Source: an uncultured Pseudomonadota bacterium (GTDB taxonomy: Bacteria > Myxococcota_A > Polyangia > Fen-1088). From it: a DNA stretch of 64,000 bases. The notes below the pieces were generated by a model. That model was given only the letters and a program-made list of their open reading frames with translations, was not told the origin of the DNA and searched no databases. The stretch spans positions 1,214,003 to 1,278,002 of the forward strand of contig CAVZEF010000006.1 in the NCBI GenBank assembly GCA_963774325.1. The letters are read 5' to 3'. The translations under genes and the position numbers were made by a program. Of this stretch, positions 62,863-64,000 are shown piece by piece (the stretch's first letter is position 1; each line of letters opens with the position of its first letter).

Positions 62863-63621
62863 TTGAACGACCCCGGCGAGCGTGACAAGGTTGGGGGCAT
62901 GGCGCGGCCCCCGGCCCAGGACGTAGGTTCGCCCGAGCGGCGCGTCTCGCCGGCGCTGGAGCCGCCGCACCTGCACCCGCCCTATCGCTCGACGGTGCTG
63001 CGCGCGCCAAGCCGCCCGCCTGTGCGCATTCCGTACGGCCCGGGCGAGCACGCGCGGCTCAACGCCGCGACCCTGCTCGACGGCGGCCGCACCGGCGCGC
63101 AGGCGGCGGACCTGACGCGCCAGCACGCCGGCGAGCCGATCGGCGAGCGCATCATCGTCGAGGGGCAGATCCTCGACGGCGCGGGCCGCCCGATCGCGGG
63201 CGCGCTGGTCGAGGTCTGGCAGGCCAACGCCGCCGGCCGCTACGCTCACGCCGTCGATCAGCATCCGGCTCCGCTGGACCCGAACTTCACCGGCGCCGGC
63301 GCCTGCATCACCAACGAGCAGGGGCGCTATCACTTCCTCACCATCAAGCCAGGCGCGTACCCGTGGGGAAACCACGCCAACGCGTGGCGGCCGGCGCACA
63401 TCCACTTCTCGGTGATCGGCAACGCGTTCGTCGAGCGCGTCGTGACCCAGATGTACTTCCCGGGCGATGCACTGCTGGAGCACGACCCGATCTACGGCGC
63501 GCTCGCCGACGAGCGGGCGCGCGCCAGCCTGATCGGACAGCTCGATCTTTCGGCGACGGTGCCGGCGTTCGCGCTCGCCTTCCACTTCGACATCATCGTC
63601 GGCGGACGGGCGTACGGATGA
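62863..63621 (+). CDS. pcaH: Protocatechuate 3,4-dioxygenase beta subunit (alternative start ATG 62899)
   Basis: ...LVEVWQANAAGRYAH...RPAHIHFSVIGNAF. Confidence 0.8.
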   Translation: MNDPGERDKVGGMARPPAQDVGSPERRVSPALEPPHLHPPYRSTVLRAPSRPPVRIPYGPGEHARLNAATLLDGGRTGAQAADLTRQHAGEPIGERIIVEGQILDGAGRPIAGALVEVWQANAAGRYAHAVDQHPAPLDPNFTGAGACITNEQGRYHFLTIKPGAYPWGNHANAWRPAHIHFSVIGNAFVERVVTQMYFPGDALLEHDPIYGALADERARASLIGQLDLSATVPAFALAFHFDIIVGGRAYG

Positions 63622-64000
63622 CGCCTTCGCAGACCATCGGGCCGTTCTTCGGCTTCGCGCTGCCCTGGCCGGCAGGCCCGCACGTCGTGTCCGAGGGGAC
63701 GCCGGGGACGCTCCGCGTCCACGGGCGCCTGCTCGACGGAAAAGGCGAGCCGGTCACCGACGCGCTCATCGAGAGCTGGCAGTGCGACGCGGAGGGCCGT
63801 TTCGCCGGTGGCGGCGCGGCGAGCTGGTTCCGCGGCTTCGGCCGCTGCGCGACCGACGGCGACGGCGCGTTCGCGATCCTGACGGTCAAGCCGGGCGCCG
63901 TCCGCAGCGGCGCGGGCGCCGTGCACGCGCCGCACATCCTGGTGTCCGTGCACGCGCGCGGCCTGCTCAAGCGCGTCTCGACGCGGATCTATTTTCCCGA
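63618..64000 (+). CDS. pcaG: Protocatechuate 3,4-dioxygenase alpha subunit; the 3' end lies beyond the window
   Basis: MTPSQTIGPFFGFALPW... ATGA overlap with pcaH. Confidence 0.75.
   Translation, partial: MTPSQTIGPFFGFALPWPAGPHVVSEGTPGTLRVHGRLLDGKGEPVTDALIESWQCDAEGRFAGGGAASWFRGFGRCATDGDGAFAILTVKPGAVRSGAGAVHAPHILVSVHARGLLKRVSTRIYFP

Overview
This 64-kb window is about 70% GC and very likely chromosomal DNA from a Myxococcota genome. The taxon call rests on a MYXO-CTERM sorting signal plus CxxCDG cysteine-rich repeats in the large surface protein at 33999-36683. Genes are densely packed and rich in signal transduction: I count eight sensor or hybrid histidine kinases, a sigma-54 (NtrC-type) regulator, and LysR and XRE-type regulators. 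Other content includes an RND efflux locus (MFP, AcrB-like pump, TolC-like channel), secreted glycoside hydrolases (GH2 beta-mannosidase, GH5), peptidases (two M23, one M48), redox proteins (peroxiredoxin, DsbA-like), a porin/TonB-receptor/lipoprotein uptake cluster, and pcaHG at the 3' edge.

The most unusual region is 12.07-16.9 kb. It lies directly downstream of a tRNA-Val gene and a decayed tyrosine-recombinase (IntI/XerD-like) pseudogene. Its GC drops to about 60%, and it holds seven co-oriented small ORFs. Each is followed by a conserved attC-like imperfect palindrome: an RYYYAAC-type box overlapping the stop codon, stem arms that differ by one unpaired G, and a GTTRRRY-type box a few nucleotides before the next start. 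That is the architecture of an integron cassette array (or a CALIN), and its cargo looks like orphan immunity proteins (SMI1/KNR4-SUKH and others).

A second low-GC insert (7.09-9.07 kb) carries a translationally coupled pair: a transglutaminase-like (Cys-His-Asp) protein and an unknown partner.

Several genes (GH2 mannosidase, AcrB-like pump, MFP, a histidine kinase, the sigma-54 regulator, the porin) are interrupted by many frameshifts while their residue-level sequence stays clean. That pattern points to indel errors or very recent decay rather than old pseudogenes.

Many long + or - strand ORFs in the supplied track are R/G/A-rich shadow ORFs of high-GC genes on the opposite strand and were ignored. 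All coordinates read directly from the sequence, rather than taken from the ORF track, may be off by 1-2 nt.
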